Source: Phaeosaccion multiseriatum (taxonomy: Eukaryota; Protista; Ochrophyta, other classes). Taken from it: a stretch of DNA of 64,000 nt. The stretch spans positions 3,782,001-3,846,000 of the forward strand of contig OZ218952.1 in assembly GCA_965112735.1 (NCBI GenBank). The letters run 5' to 3'. Shown here piece after piece: positions 25,042-36,525 of the stretch. The number at the start of each line of letters is the position of its first letter. Position 1 is the first letter of the stretch. The notes under the pieces are model-generated. The model worked only from the letters and a program-made list of their open reading frames with translations, did no database searches and was not told the DNA's origin. The position numbers and the translations under genes are program-made.

Positions 25042-27391
25042 ATGGGTACCCAACCTCATCAGCAACAGGATGTGGTGCAGGATCAGGGGCAGCAGCAGCA
25101 GCAGCAGCAGCGGCGGCGGCGGCATCAGTCGAGGAGGAGGAGAAAGAGGGGAGAAGAAATTGGGGCGAAGACCTTGCGGCAATGGCTGGTAGAGGAGCCA
25201 TTCTCACTGGCCATGTCTTCCTCCTTTCTCGGAATGTTCTGCCACACAGGGGTGCTGGCTGCCCTGCTTGAGAATGGGCTTATTCCAGTTCAGGTAAAGT
25301 CCAAAGATGAGGAAGTGAGGCGCAAATACCAATTCGGCCTTCCCATCCCCACTGCAGCAGCTTCCGTCTGATATTTTCTGGTACAACTCTTGCTACAACC
25401 CTCCTACCACTCAGGTTTCAGGCAGCTCCGCCGGGGCACTCGTTGCTGCGCTGTGGGCCGCTACGCTTGACATTGGGTATATGGAAGAGGTGTTCACTCA
25501 TTTAGACAGGTGAGAGAGGGAGAGGAAATGTTCATGATGCGTCAATTGGGAAAGCGGGGAAGCTGCACGTACCCCATTCATTCCCTGCAATGCTTGTTGC
25601 GTCCAGAGGGCAATCAATCGACAATGGCCCTGTGTGTGTGCCCCTGTGATTGTGTGTGATACGCTGCGTGTTCGATCCTCTCATTCTCCCAATGAACTCC
25701 TTTCTTCCCCCCCACCCCTCTCCTTTCGATCTCTATGGCGCTCACCAACAGAAACATGCTCTACGCAGCGTCTCTCTTCTCTGCCAATCGTCTACCTGGC
25801 CTGGTCAACACACACAAGTCTGTGGAGGCCTTCTTCGCGCTCTACTTCCCACATCTGCTGCCTTCCTTCCCAAACGCTCCGACGGTGCCACCACCACCAG
25901 CAGCAGCAGTCAAACCAACTCCTGACTCCAAGCGCCTGGAAACACCAGGACCAACACCAACACCACCCCCATCACCATCACCTCCACCCCCACCACGCAC
26001 GACGCCCTTCTCTCTGCAGGACTGCAAGGCCGTGCCTCTCTTTGTCTCTGCCTGCGACGTGTTACGCGGCCGCTTGCGAGTCTTCTCCCCGCAGCTGAGC
26101 CCCAGCATGAGCCTGGTGGAGGCCGTGGCGGCGAGCTGTGCCGTGCCGTTTCTGTTCAAGCCCGTGTGGGTGGAGGGGAGGCCCTATTGGGACGGTTTTA
26201 TGGGAGATGTGGCGGGGTTAGGGGGACTGCTGCCGAGGAGGAATGAGAGCGGTGGTGGCAGCAGCAGCAGCAGCAGCAACGATGGGGGCAGTGGGAGCAC
26301 AAGTGCAGCAGCGGGCCGGGTTCTCTATCACCACGTGAGTTGTGTTTGAAGGGGGCAGAGGACAGAGGAAGGAGGTTACAGAGAGAGTGAGGGGGGGGGG
26401 GGTGAATTGGGTTCGCGGTGGATGGATGGACGGCCAGGAGGGAAGAGAGATGACGTGCTTGCGCTTGAGCTTTCCAGGCCCCGAACAAGGCTTGCCTCTC
26501 AAGTTCCCTACACCTGTCAGCAAACACCATGCATCGCTTCTCGAACCTACAAGGTGTACCTACGAATCCACATGAGCCCTCCCTCCCTGTAAGCGGTTGG
26601 CCCGAAGCAACCTAACGTTGACGGCAACGAGCATCCTCCCTCTTCCCCTCCTCAGGCGACCAGCACCCCGCTGGCCTTCACCAAGAGAGCAAGCTTCGGA
26701 GCCAATATACAGACCTTGAGGATTCACGGTGCGCATCGGGCAGGCTGAATTCTATGGTTTTCCCCCCATCTTTTGGATCATGCCTCTCCCCTCTCTCCTC
26801 GCTTCCTTTGATTTCACTCTCCCTCTCTCATTCATTCGTCTCTCTCCCCTCCAAGTTCTTTGATGGGGCCTGGGTCAGGAAATGCTGTTCTTGGCAGTCC
26901 GCGGTTTCGATGCTCTCTCCGCCTCTATACGCACACACACGCACGCACATTCCCCACCACTAGCTACCCCTTGCGTATCCCCATCTCTCCTTTGCTCTGC
27001 TGCCGCTGCTGCTGCTACTGCGGGTGCACGCGCGGACACGCCTCCCTCCGCCTCTGCTCCTCCATCCCACCACTCAGGTCTCCCCTACCTCCACCCCTGG
27101 GGGCTCCACCAAGGCCTGGGTCAAAGAGCCATGCGGGACGCCAAGGCAGCGACCACCGCCGCTCTGGACATGCCCCTGTGCGCTTCGCAGGTGGTGCAGA
27201 TGTGGGTCGGGGGAGAGGAGGGTGGGGGGAGGAGGAGGAAGAGGAGGAGGAGGAGCGCTACTTCCACCACCCAAGAGCTCGACTGTAGGCTGCGAGGAAG
27301 GACGGAAGGAAGGAAGTCAATGTATGACTTTTGTAAGGGTCTTTGTCTTCGTCGCTACTACCACCCGCGTCGGCCGAGGCGTCTGCATTGA
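25042..27391 (+). CDS. Patatin-like phospholipase/lipid acyl hydrolase (multi-exon)
   Basis: FSLAMSSSFLGMFCHTGVLAAL (oxyanion region), VSGSSAGALVA (GxSxG nucleophile, exon from about 25415), AVAASCAVPFLFKPV, YWDGFMGD (catalytic Asp), C-terminal GLPYLHPWGL. The 3' end is approximate. Confidence 0.85.
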
Positions 27392-27499
27392 GGCCCACGG
27401 CGTCGTGAAGGAGCACAAAGCCAAGCCAAGCCAAGCCTTTTGGGGTGGGGTTGGAGGAGGGGTGCGAGACGGGTGCTTGCCGGGGGAGGAAGGTCCGAC

Positions 27500-28169
27500 A
27501 GAGGGTTTCCGGCTGGACGCGCTCGCGATGTAGATGGTGGAGAGCGCCTGGACCCTCCTCCACCCCTGTGGCACCTCGTCGCTCTCCCGCATGAGCCTCA
27601 CCATCGGGGAGCAGTATTCTCCGGGGTCGCGTGGTTGGCGACGACGTGAGGACTCGGCAACTGTTCAACAACCTCATGAGCAACGCATCACAGCTCACAA
27701 CGTACGGCTCCAGCGACGTCTTTCTGGACGCTGAATAGACGAGCAGCAGCAGTGAGTCCGAGGCCGTGATGACTTCCTCCCTGTACGCGACACTGGCACC
27801 GGGATGGCACCTGACGCGGTCGAGCGCCTCTTCAAACACTTTGGTCCAGGTGCACGACAGCGCTACTGCCAATGCACAGCAGGGTACTGGCCTGGGGCTG
27901 GCCATCTCCACCGCCTTTCTGAGGCCATGGGAGGAGAATCGGGGGATGTGACCTACTCGTCGGTGTTGGGCAAAGGGTCAGAGTTTCGCTACACCTTTCA
28001 CGTGGAACGAAAGCTTTGCGAGGCTACCACTATGGCCCATCGGCGAGTGTACACAGAGATCACATTGCTTGTACGAATGGAAGGAGAGGCACTCATCCCA
28101 CCCAGTGAAGAGGGCACAGCCTACGTCCGGATCGGCGGCGAGCGCGACTCCGAGGGAAGGAGGAGTTGA
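27500..28169 (+). pseudogene. Degenerate intronless histidine kinase HATPase_c fragment
   Basis: N box VGDDVRTRQLFNNLMSNA (27634-27687), in-frame TAG at 27736, G1/F boxes VRDTGTGMAPDAVERLFKHF (27783-27842), G2 box GTGLGLAIS (about 27883-27909) and HRLSEAMGG...SVLGKGSEFRYTF. The boxes alternate between two frames, implying at least 3 frameshifts. Confidence 0.82.
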
Positions 28170-28408
28170 GAAGGGGCAATGGAGAAGCTACCCCCCCCCT
28201 TTTGTACTATACCACGCACGCTACTGGATGCGGAACACTCACTTCCTTGTTCCTTTGGGCGGTTCTTGACAACCAAAAAAAACAACTACAGTAGTTATAA
28301 AAGTAATTTGAAAGGGAACCGTGGTTTCCGACGCGTTGTGAGCTGTGTGTGAGCACGACGCCCAATCCAGAGAGAGGGAGAGATTTTTCCCTGCGCACAC
28401 GGAGAACA

Positions 28409-31055
28409 ATGGTGGACTTCCATAAGCTGGACGTGAGTGAGCGGAAGTGCTTCTGCAGGCAGCAGGTTTTGTGTAAAGGCTTGTCTGTACCAGGCCCAAC
28501 GTTGTGGAGACGGCAGATCCCCGTTAAAACACCCGGAGTACTCGCTCAACCTAACCACCTGTGTGCTCTCTCGTCTCCTCTCTCTTGTGGCCGCAGGAGA
28601 GGGCCCTATGGACGTACATTGGCCATCATGGTATACAGCGAATCAAGCGCGATGCGAGCCAGCAAGACTTGGCCGAGGCAGTAACACGGTGAGTGGGCCA
28701 TAGCAGTAAGAGCCTCCACACACATGCAGTAGGAGCAAACAGCGCCTCCCAGCCATAGCCTGCCCATTTTTCTTTGTCCGTCGTGGCCGCGCATCGCGTG
28801 TTCCTCTTTGAGCTTTCCTCCTCACCTTGCGACCCAGGCAAAAGAAACACAGAATGGAAGGGGAAAGGAGAGAAAAAGAAAGAGCAACAACTGTTCTGTG
28901 GAGAGAGAGAAGGGGGCCTCGGCCAGCGGCTGCTGGCGCCTGGCCGCTGTGCTAGGACAAATGCATGGGGCAGGGGGGGCACCGCTGTGGCTCATGCGTT
29001 CGGATAGAAGACCCCCTCTGGGGGAAAGGGAGGGGCGTGGCTCTGGGCCCTCTCCAAGCCTTTCTCTTCCTCCTGGCCCGCCACTTGGAGTAACTACTGC
29101 CGCACTATCCTCCATGCTTACTGCTGTCCTTTGAGCTCCCATACGACCCGCTTGCCCGTGGTTTACTTGCTGTGGAGTCTCCTTAAAAATGCCCGGCATG
29201 CAAACACGGTGGAAACACTTCCCCCCCGGACAACCCCCCTCTCAACTGCTTGTAGCAGCACGCACTCTTACCGCCCTCCTCTCTCAACGGCTTGTAGCAG
29301 CACGCACTCTGACCGCCCTCCTCCCTCTGCCCTTACTGCTGCTCCGCGTATGTGTCCTGTATCTGTCTCTGCAATCCTCTCGTGCCTGTGAACAAGGCAC
29401 TTCAACGACTGGCAAGTCGATGAGGAGTCCATCGTTACCAACTTTTGTCTCAGCGGGAGGGGCGGCTCCAGCAGCAACAGGGAGCTCTTGGGGGCCTCCT
29501 CCTCCTCCTCTGTTCCCCGCCGCCGAAAGAGGACGGAGTTTAGTCCATATGGACAGCACGGGCACGCGGCAGGAGGAGGAGAGGGGGGAGGAGGAGGGGG
29601 AGGGGCCAAGCACCAGAGACTGCACTCTCCGAGAGGAGGAGGCGGGATGGCAGTGGATGGAAGGTCGCTGGGGAGGCACACCTTCCTGCGACCAGGGGAG
29701 CAGGTGCGGTGCCGAGGGTGGTCTGGGTGGGTGTTTCATTGGCGTTTGGTTTGTTTCGTCTCTGGGGCTCTCGTTTTGTTCTTGCCTTCCCTTGCCCGTT
29801 GCCCTTTCTCTCCCTCTGTCTCTTTCTCTCTCTCTCTGTAATACACACTCGTCTCTCACGGTCTACCTCACTCGCTCTTTCCCCTTTCTCTTCTCCCTCC
29901 CCCCACCCACACACACGCTCTCGCACACGCACATACACAGGTGGCTGCCAAGGTGAGCCCTGGCGATGAGAACGGGTGCTGGATCCTTGCCAGAATTGTG
30001 CAATTCTTCAGGTGAGGTTCTGAGAGTCCATACGCTCCCGCTGTTATATGTTCCGTGGTGACACCCCACCCATCGACTCCAAAAGAATCCCCTGCAACCT
30101 CCTTGCTCACTTCCCTCCGTCTCGGTCCCTCTTCCTCCTCTTTTTCTCCCTCCACCCATGTCGACGACCCCACCCACCCCACCCTCCCTCCCTCCCTCCG
30201 TCTACCCTTAGCACCCTGGACCGCTATGAGGTTGCGGACGAAGACGATGCCTCTCGCCGCGTGATTGTGTCTGCCCAGAGCGTGCTGGAGCTCCACGACG
30301 GTCACGAGGGACTCCAGAAGGGGGAGGATGTGCTGGCCATGTTCCCAGAGACCACCTCCTTCTACCGCGGAAAGGTACGAGTATGTAATCTATATGCATC
30401 TCCTCCTCCTTCCTCCTCCTCCTCCTCCTCCTCCTCCTCCTCCTCCTCCTCCTCCTCCTCCTCCTCCTCCTCCTCCTCCTCCTCCTCCTCCTCCTCCTCC
30501 TCCTCCTCCTCCTCCTCCTCCTCCTCCTCCTCCTCCTCCTCCTCCTCCTCCTCCTCCTCCTCCTCCTCCTCCTCCTCCTCCTCCTCCTCCTCCTCCTCCT
30601 CCTCCTCCTCCTCCTCTCCTCCTCCTCCTCCTCCTCCTCCTCCTCCTCCTCCTCCTCTCCTCCTCCTCCTCCTCCTCCTCCTTCTCCTCCTCCTCCTCCT
30701 CCTCCTCCTCCTCCTCCTCCTCCTCCTCCTCTCTCGCCCCATTCCACCCCACCCCTCTCCCTCCTCCCTCACCTTTCCCCCCCCCCCCCTTCGTCCCCCC
30801 GCCCAACCCGAACGAACCCCCATTCCAACCCCACCCAAGGTGAGCAAGCCCGTGAAGCGTGGCTCAAGCGAATGCACCGTGCAATTCGAGGACGACGAGG
30901 AGGGGGGAAGGACGCCACACCGAAAGATTAACGTCCGTTACGTCATGAGAGGGCATCGCAACCCCATGTGCGGCCACTCGAGCGGGTCGTCGCCCTCCTC
31001 TTCCCCGTCTCGCTCCTTGTCCTTCAACTCTACAATGCCCTCTTACGGGTCGTGA
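28409..31055 (+). CDS. SGF29: SAP30 Sin3-binding domain fused to SGF29-type tandem Tudor domain (6 exons)
   Basis: Exons 28409-28432, 28597-28688, 29397-29703, 29941-30011, 30212-30374 and 30840-31055 join in consistent phase. N-terminus: MVDFHKLDERALWTYIGHHGIQRIKRDASQQDLAEAVTRHFNDWQVDEESIVTNF (SAP30 SBD pattern). C-terminus: GEQVAAKV...WILARIV...YEVADED...VLAMFPETTSFYRGKV...VQFEDDE (SGF29 Tudor). Confidence 0.88.
30401..30732 (+). repeat. (CCT)n trinucleotide microsatellite, about 330 bp, intronic
   Basis: Near-perfect CCT run inside intron 30375-30839. It produces the spurious poly-S/P/L/E/G/R ORFs. Confidence 0.97.
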
Positions 31056-31921
31056 TTGGTTTGTGGTGGTTTGGTTTGGATTGTGGATGGGATGGCAATG
31101 GACGGGATGGGATGGCAGTGGATGGGATGTTTGTGCGGGGGGTTTGCGGTACGTGGGCTGGCAGTGGGGTAATTCACAAATCCACAGCAGTGGGGGAAAG
31201 CAAGCCACACGCGGCACCACTGTGGGGTAGAGAGTTGCATGGCGATCAGTAGGGCTGTGTGCAGGGGAGTGCTTCTCGCGGCGCCGAAACAGTCGAGAAG
31301 GAGCAGTAGCAGGACCGCCCATGCACAAAGAAGAGCAGAGAGGGAGTGGGGGAGGGAGAAAAAGAGAGGAGATAGAGAGAGAGGGAGGGAGGGGGAGGGG
31401 GAGAGAGAGAGCGAGGGCATAAAGGCAAGCAAAGCAGCGTGTTTAATGCTGTTTTCGGTGGGTTATTTCCATCTCTTGTTGTGTTGTTTATAGGCTGTGT
31501 TGGGTCAGTGGGTTAAGGTTGTACTTACGTGTATCTGTTGTAGTATTTTAAAAAATAAAGAGGGGGGGGCATACGGACGGGGCCGGAGCGAGGGGATTGT
31601 ACACGCGGCCCCCCTCACGCACACATAACGCGTATTTTATGGTATGTAAAGTTGTGAATCCCCGTACAATGGGATGATTCATTATGAATAGTATTCCTCT
31701 TTCTTGTGGAGAGTACGGTAGGAGAGACATATCAAGAGTGAGCCTCCATCCATCCATCCATAGTGCCTGACCCTGACCCCAGGTACCAGCCTACATGCAG
31801 CCGCATTCACTGCCATCCCGTAAGGCAGCAGGCGGGTCCTACATTGGCTAGGGGAGAGCTCTCTCTCTCCGACAGATGGTGGATGTATATTTAATCGCTT
31901 ACTTACAACACCGCTCAATGG

Positions 31922-33049
31922 TCACATGTCGGCAAACTGGAACTCCAGCCCCTTGAACCCCCCCTGCTCATTCAGCCCCCCCAGCCACTGGAACAAGCCG
32001 TCCATCTTCGCTAGCTTACCGCCGTCCACTTCTATCCATCCGTCCACAGCCTCCGCGCCAGCGCGTCGAACGCTCTTGAGCTCCCGCCTTCTCTCCCAGT
32101 CCACTACCCGCTTCCTCCTCTGCCCCGTTGCCTGGTCCAGGTAGTGGTCGATCATGAGCTCTGTGCCCGAGGACAGGGTCAGGCACAAGCCCTCCCCTTC
32201 CTCCTCCTTCCTCTTCTCCTCCTCCTCCTCCTCCTCGTCCTCCACCACCACAACCTCATCCTCCCCCTCCTTGTCCTTCTGCTGCTCTCCAGGAGGAGGG
32301 CGCAAGACAAACTTGACCTCCGAAAGCTTTCTCGCCTTAACACCAATGGTGCCTCCTTCCTCGGCGGCTTTGCAGGCCCGGCGCCATACCTCCTGTACCG
32401 ATCTTCCCTCGGTGGCCTCCCCCGCTACTGCAATCACCTGGCCAACCTCTCTCAGCCGCCCCGGGAGGAGTGCAAGCACACCGCGAACCACACCTCCCCG
32501 ACCGTCCTCCCACTCGCCAGCAAAAAACAGATCTCGGGAGGGCTCATCCACCACCTCGGGGGCGGCTGCCCCGACAGGATTGTGAGAGACAGAGAATGAG
32601 GAGGAGGAGGCGCCGGAGTCCGAAGACGAGTAGGACGAGGACGATGCCGAAGATGCTGATCTCCGCCGAAACGACGTCGATTCGTCACTGTGGACTCCCC
32701 TATCTTTTTCTTCTCTCCTGTCTCCTCCTCTCTCCCCTCCTCGTCCTCTGCCGCCACCACCATCGCTGCCACCACCATCTTTCCGAGGTCTCCCTCTCTT
32801 CCTCTTCGTTCTCACACTACTGTCGCCTCCATGCGGAAGCTCCACGGGGGTGGGGTTGGCAGAGGTGGTGCTCGTGCTCCTCTGCATGCCTCCTCTTGAG
32901 CTCTGAGTGCCTCCTCTCCCCCCTCTTCCTCTCCCTCTCCCTCTTCCTCGACCTCGTCCTCCTCCTCTGCTGCTTGCAGCCTCACTGGCATTCATCTTAT
33001 CCTTCTTCTTCGATCCACTACCCGCAGTACTAGTAGTAGTAGTAGTAGT

Positions 33050-33088
<39 letters not shown>

Positions 33089-33503
33089 AGCACCTTTCTT
33101 GTTTTGCTTTGGTAAAGGTTTATCGCTGTTCAGATCCAGAGCAGCCCGTGCCGCTTTTTTGCGGCCCTCTAAGCTTCGGAGATTCTCATCTGGGGCGGCC
33201 TGTCGTTACGATTTTTCAAGGTGAGAAGAAAGAGAGAAATGGCAGATATTAGAAAATTGGTTGGTTGATTGAAGGGAGGGAAACACGCCAGCGCCGTCCC
33301 AGTTTCACCTCTCTCATCCTATACGTGGCTTGGTCAAACGCCAAGGCACGAGCCTCCTCGGTGGGCCGCGAACCGTCCGCGAGGACTGTATCGACGAGGA
33401 TCTTTTTCATCTGTGGGCGAGTGAGGCCGACCTCGTTCATGTTGAGCACCATGGTCAAGAGCTCCTTCCCCCCCTCTCCCTTCCCTCCTCCCTGACGCGC
33501 CAT
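31922..33503 (-). CDS. Hypothetical nuclear protein with AT-hook and RG-rich region
   Basis: A long open exon contains GRGRGRG tracts, the AT-hook KRKRGRPRK (about 32784-32810) and a globular-looking C-terminus ending ...GLEFQFADM*. An upstream exon encodes ...LNMNEVGLTRPQMKKILVDTVL.... The start is uncertain. Confidence 0.55.
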
Positions 33504-33920
33504 CCTCTTTGTGCAGGGGCTTCCCTTCCGCCCAGCCCCTTCCACTTAGACACAAGAAAGATGGAGACCCTCCAAGGGGGACGAAGGATGTATGTATGGA
33601 GAGAGCGAGAGAGAGAGAGAGAGAGAGAGGCGGGAACGCAGATTCAATCCAGAGACCCAAAAAAAAAAAAAAAAAAAAGAGTTTCCGTTTCAGTTCTTTG
33701 TTGACTTCGACAAAATAGCGACACAGCTTGCCGTTGGAAAACAACATCAAACAATAGCAGCAGCAGCAGCGCAGAAGAAGAAGAAGAAGAAGAAGGAGAA
33801 GAAGAAGAAGAAGAAGAAGAAGAGAAGCAGCAGCAGCGATAAACCATATAAGGGGGGGGAGGAACTGTCGTCTTTTCAATTTTTTTAGTAGGAAAATCAC
33901 TAATACTGCCTCCGGAATGG

Positions 33921-36473
33921 ATGCGCTTGCTTCGCCAACGTAGCTCCCACACTCTACCTATTCTGTGTCGTGCTGCTGCAAACTCCCAGTGCGCATCTCC
34001 TAAACAAGACTTCGGCAGTCTGCCTGTCCCACTGCCCGAGAGGCAGCTGGAAGAGCAGGCAGCCAGGATACGTTTTAAGATGGACGCAGGCGTGCTGACC
34101 TTCGGCTTGTACAAGAAGGAGAGGCATCAGCAGCGGAAGCAGCAACGCAAGGCCAAGCGGGAGGCGCAGGAGAAGCTCTTAAGGGAGGAGAAGCATAAAC
34201 TACAAGAGTCGCTGCAAAGGAGAGAGGATGAGCTGCAGCGCCGTAAGATTGAGCTCGGGAAAGGGCGGCGGGAGCAGGAGGACAAGGAGCGACAGCACCT
34301 CCACCAAGCTGAGAAGCTCGTGAAACAAGCGGAGGAGAGGGAGCTACAGCGGCAGCGTCTCCACCGGGAGAGGGTTACGAAGGAGCACCAACAGAAACTG
34401 CTGCAACAGCAGGAGGGCAAGCTGCGGCGGGAGAGTCCGAACCACCCTGACGATGACAACGTCGAGGAAAGCGAGTGCTTGTCTCCCCTTGCTGGGTCGA
34501 TCTTCTGGCCCAACCTCCTAGAGCACCTGCCCGAGCCTCTCCTTTCTCTCCCCTTCCCCTCCTCTTCCTCTGTGTTGGCTACCATCTCCTCCTTGTCTCG
34601 AGCGGCGGAGCAGTGTGTGGAGAATGGACGCAGCTTCGTGGCCCCACATCTTGTCATCGGAGGCGGAGGCCGCAGGGATGCGTCGTCTTACGCCCCCGTG
34701 TACGGTACTGCAGCGGTGGCTGTGCTCGGTTGGTTGTTGGTGGGGGCCACCAGTCGCAAGTGGAGGGGCCGCCGCACGAGGCTCCCCAAAGGGGACAACA
34801 AAATCGTAGTCGGAGAGGACCAAGGGGCATCCGTGGTTGCGGCGGCGGCCAAGGCTGCATCGGCTGAAGCGGAGGGTGTGACAAGGGCAACGGCGGTGAA
34901 GGGGGTGAAGGAGACTGGAGCCGAAAGGCAAGAGAGCGCGACGGCGGATGGAGTGGAAGCATTTCACGACGAGGACGACGACGACGACGAGGACGATGAC
35001 GAGGAGGAGGAGGAGGAGGATGAAGGGCGAGAGGTGATGGTGTTTGTGGGGGGGGTGGGGGTGGAGGTGGTGGACGAGTTTGTTATGGCAATAGAACAGG
35101 AGGAGGAGGAGGATGAGGAGGGACTCGAAACGAATGAGGCCGGGGAGGGGACGACGGAGGATATGGTGGTGGTAGTGGAGGAGGAGGAGGCGGAGACCAA
35201 AGCCCGCCAGGAGATGGAGGCCCGTATTGCAGTTGTGGAGGAGGATCTCGAAGTACCGGTGGTGGAAGAGGACGAGGATGACAGGATTATAGACGAGGCT
35301 GGAGATGCGGTGGAGGTGGTAGGTATGGAGAGTGGCATTGTAGTGGATGAGGAGGAGCAAGGAGGCACACGCCGGGTGGAGGAGGGGGAGGGTGCACTGA
35401 ATGGTTCCGTGTGCAGCGTCATTGAGTCCATCAACGCCACCCTCGGCAGCATCAACATGCTCTGTGACATTGGAGGGGATGAAGCGGACGGACAGGGGCC
35501 GGGATCCGCCCAAGAGGAGGAGGACCGAGCGGTTCTGGGTTGGGGCGGAGCTGCGATGCCAGCAGAGGAGGAGGAGGAGGAGGCGAGGACGACGACGAGG
35601 AGGAGGGCACCCATTGCAGGAGGGAATGAGTCGGAGACCCTCAAGCAGAAGGTAGAGGAGGAGGAGGCGGTGGAGGGGCCACGGAAGGATGCCGGTGCTG
35701 ATGCCGGTGCTGATGCCGGTCCTGGCTTCGCTCTGCCCCGCGTCACGCTGCAGGCGAAGGGCATTTACGTGCCCCCCCCTCGGGTCAGCGAGGCCGAGAA
35801 AGATAGCGCAGAGAGGTTAAGCGGCGGCATTTGGAGGCGCATGGGTGCGGAGGTGGTGAGTAGCAATGAGGTGAGCAACAGCAGCAGCAGCAGCAGCAAC
35901 AACAACAACAACAACCACAACAAGGAGAATGAGCATCAGATGGTGAGCAACAGCAGTAACAAGGAGAATGAGTATGAGCAGGACAACAGGAGGCTTCTCG
36001 ATGAGCAGCACGACGTGGTTATCGAGTCCACCCCCCTCCACCAGAGACTACAGGGTCGGGGGGGGGCAGAGGCACAAGGAGCGGAAGACAACGCCGGCGA
36101 GGACAAGGCAGTTTCATTAATGAACTGCAGCGGCCTTAGCAGCCTTGGGACTGCCTCCACGGGACAGGCATCCGGCTGGGACGACAGTATCAGCAGTGAA
36201 GACATCCTCAATGCCAGCATGGGGGGGTTTGGCAGGGAGGAGGAGGAGGAGGAAGAGGAGGGTGGAGGTGGTGGTGTTGGTGGTTCGCCATCGTCGCCAG
36301 GTGAGGGCAGCAGCAGCCTGAGCAGCAGCGGCAGCGGCAGTACGAGCAAGGTGGATGCGCTGGAGGCCCTCGTCGCTGACTTGCAGGCCCGACTGCAGCG
36401 GCAGGAGGATCAGGAGCAGTTGGTGATTCAACAACAGAAGGAAGAGGGGAGGGTGGGCTCAACTGGAGACGCC

Positions 36474-36525
<52 letters not shown>

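Noticed and set aside
30048-30877. Long poly-Ser/Pro/Glu/Gly/Arg ORFs
   Set aside because: Translations of an intronic (CCT)n microsatellite bounded by GT (30375) and AG (30839).
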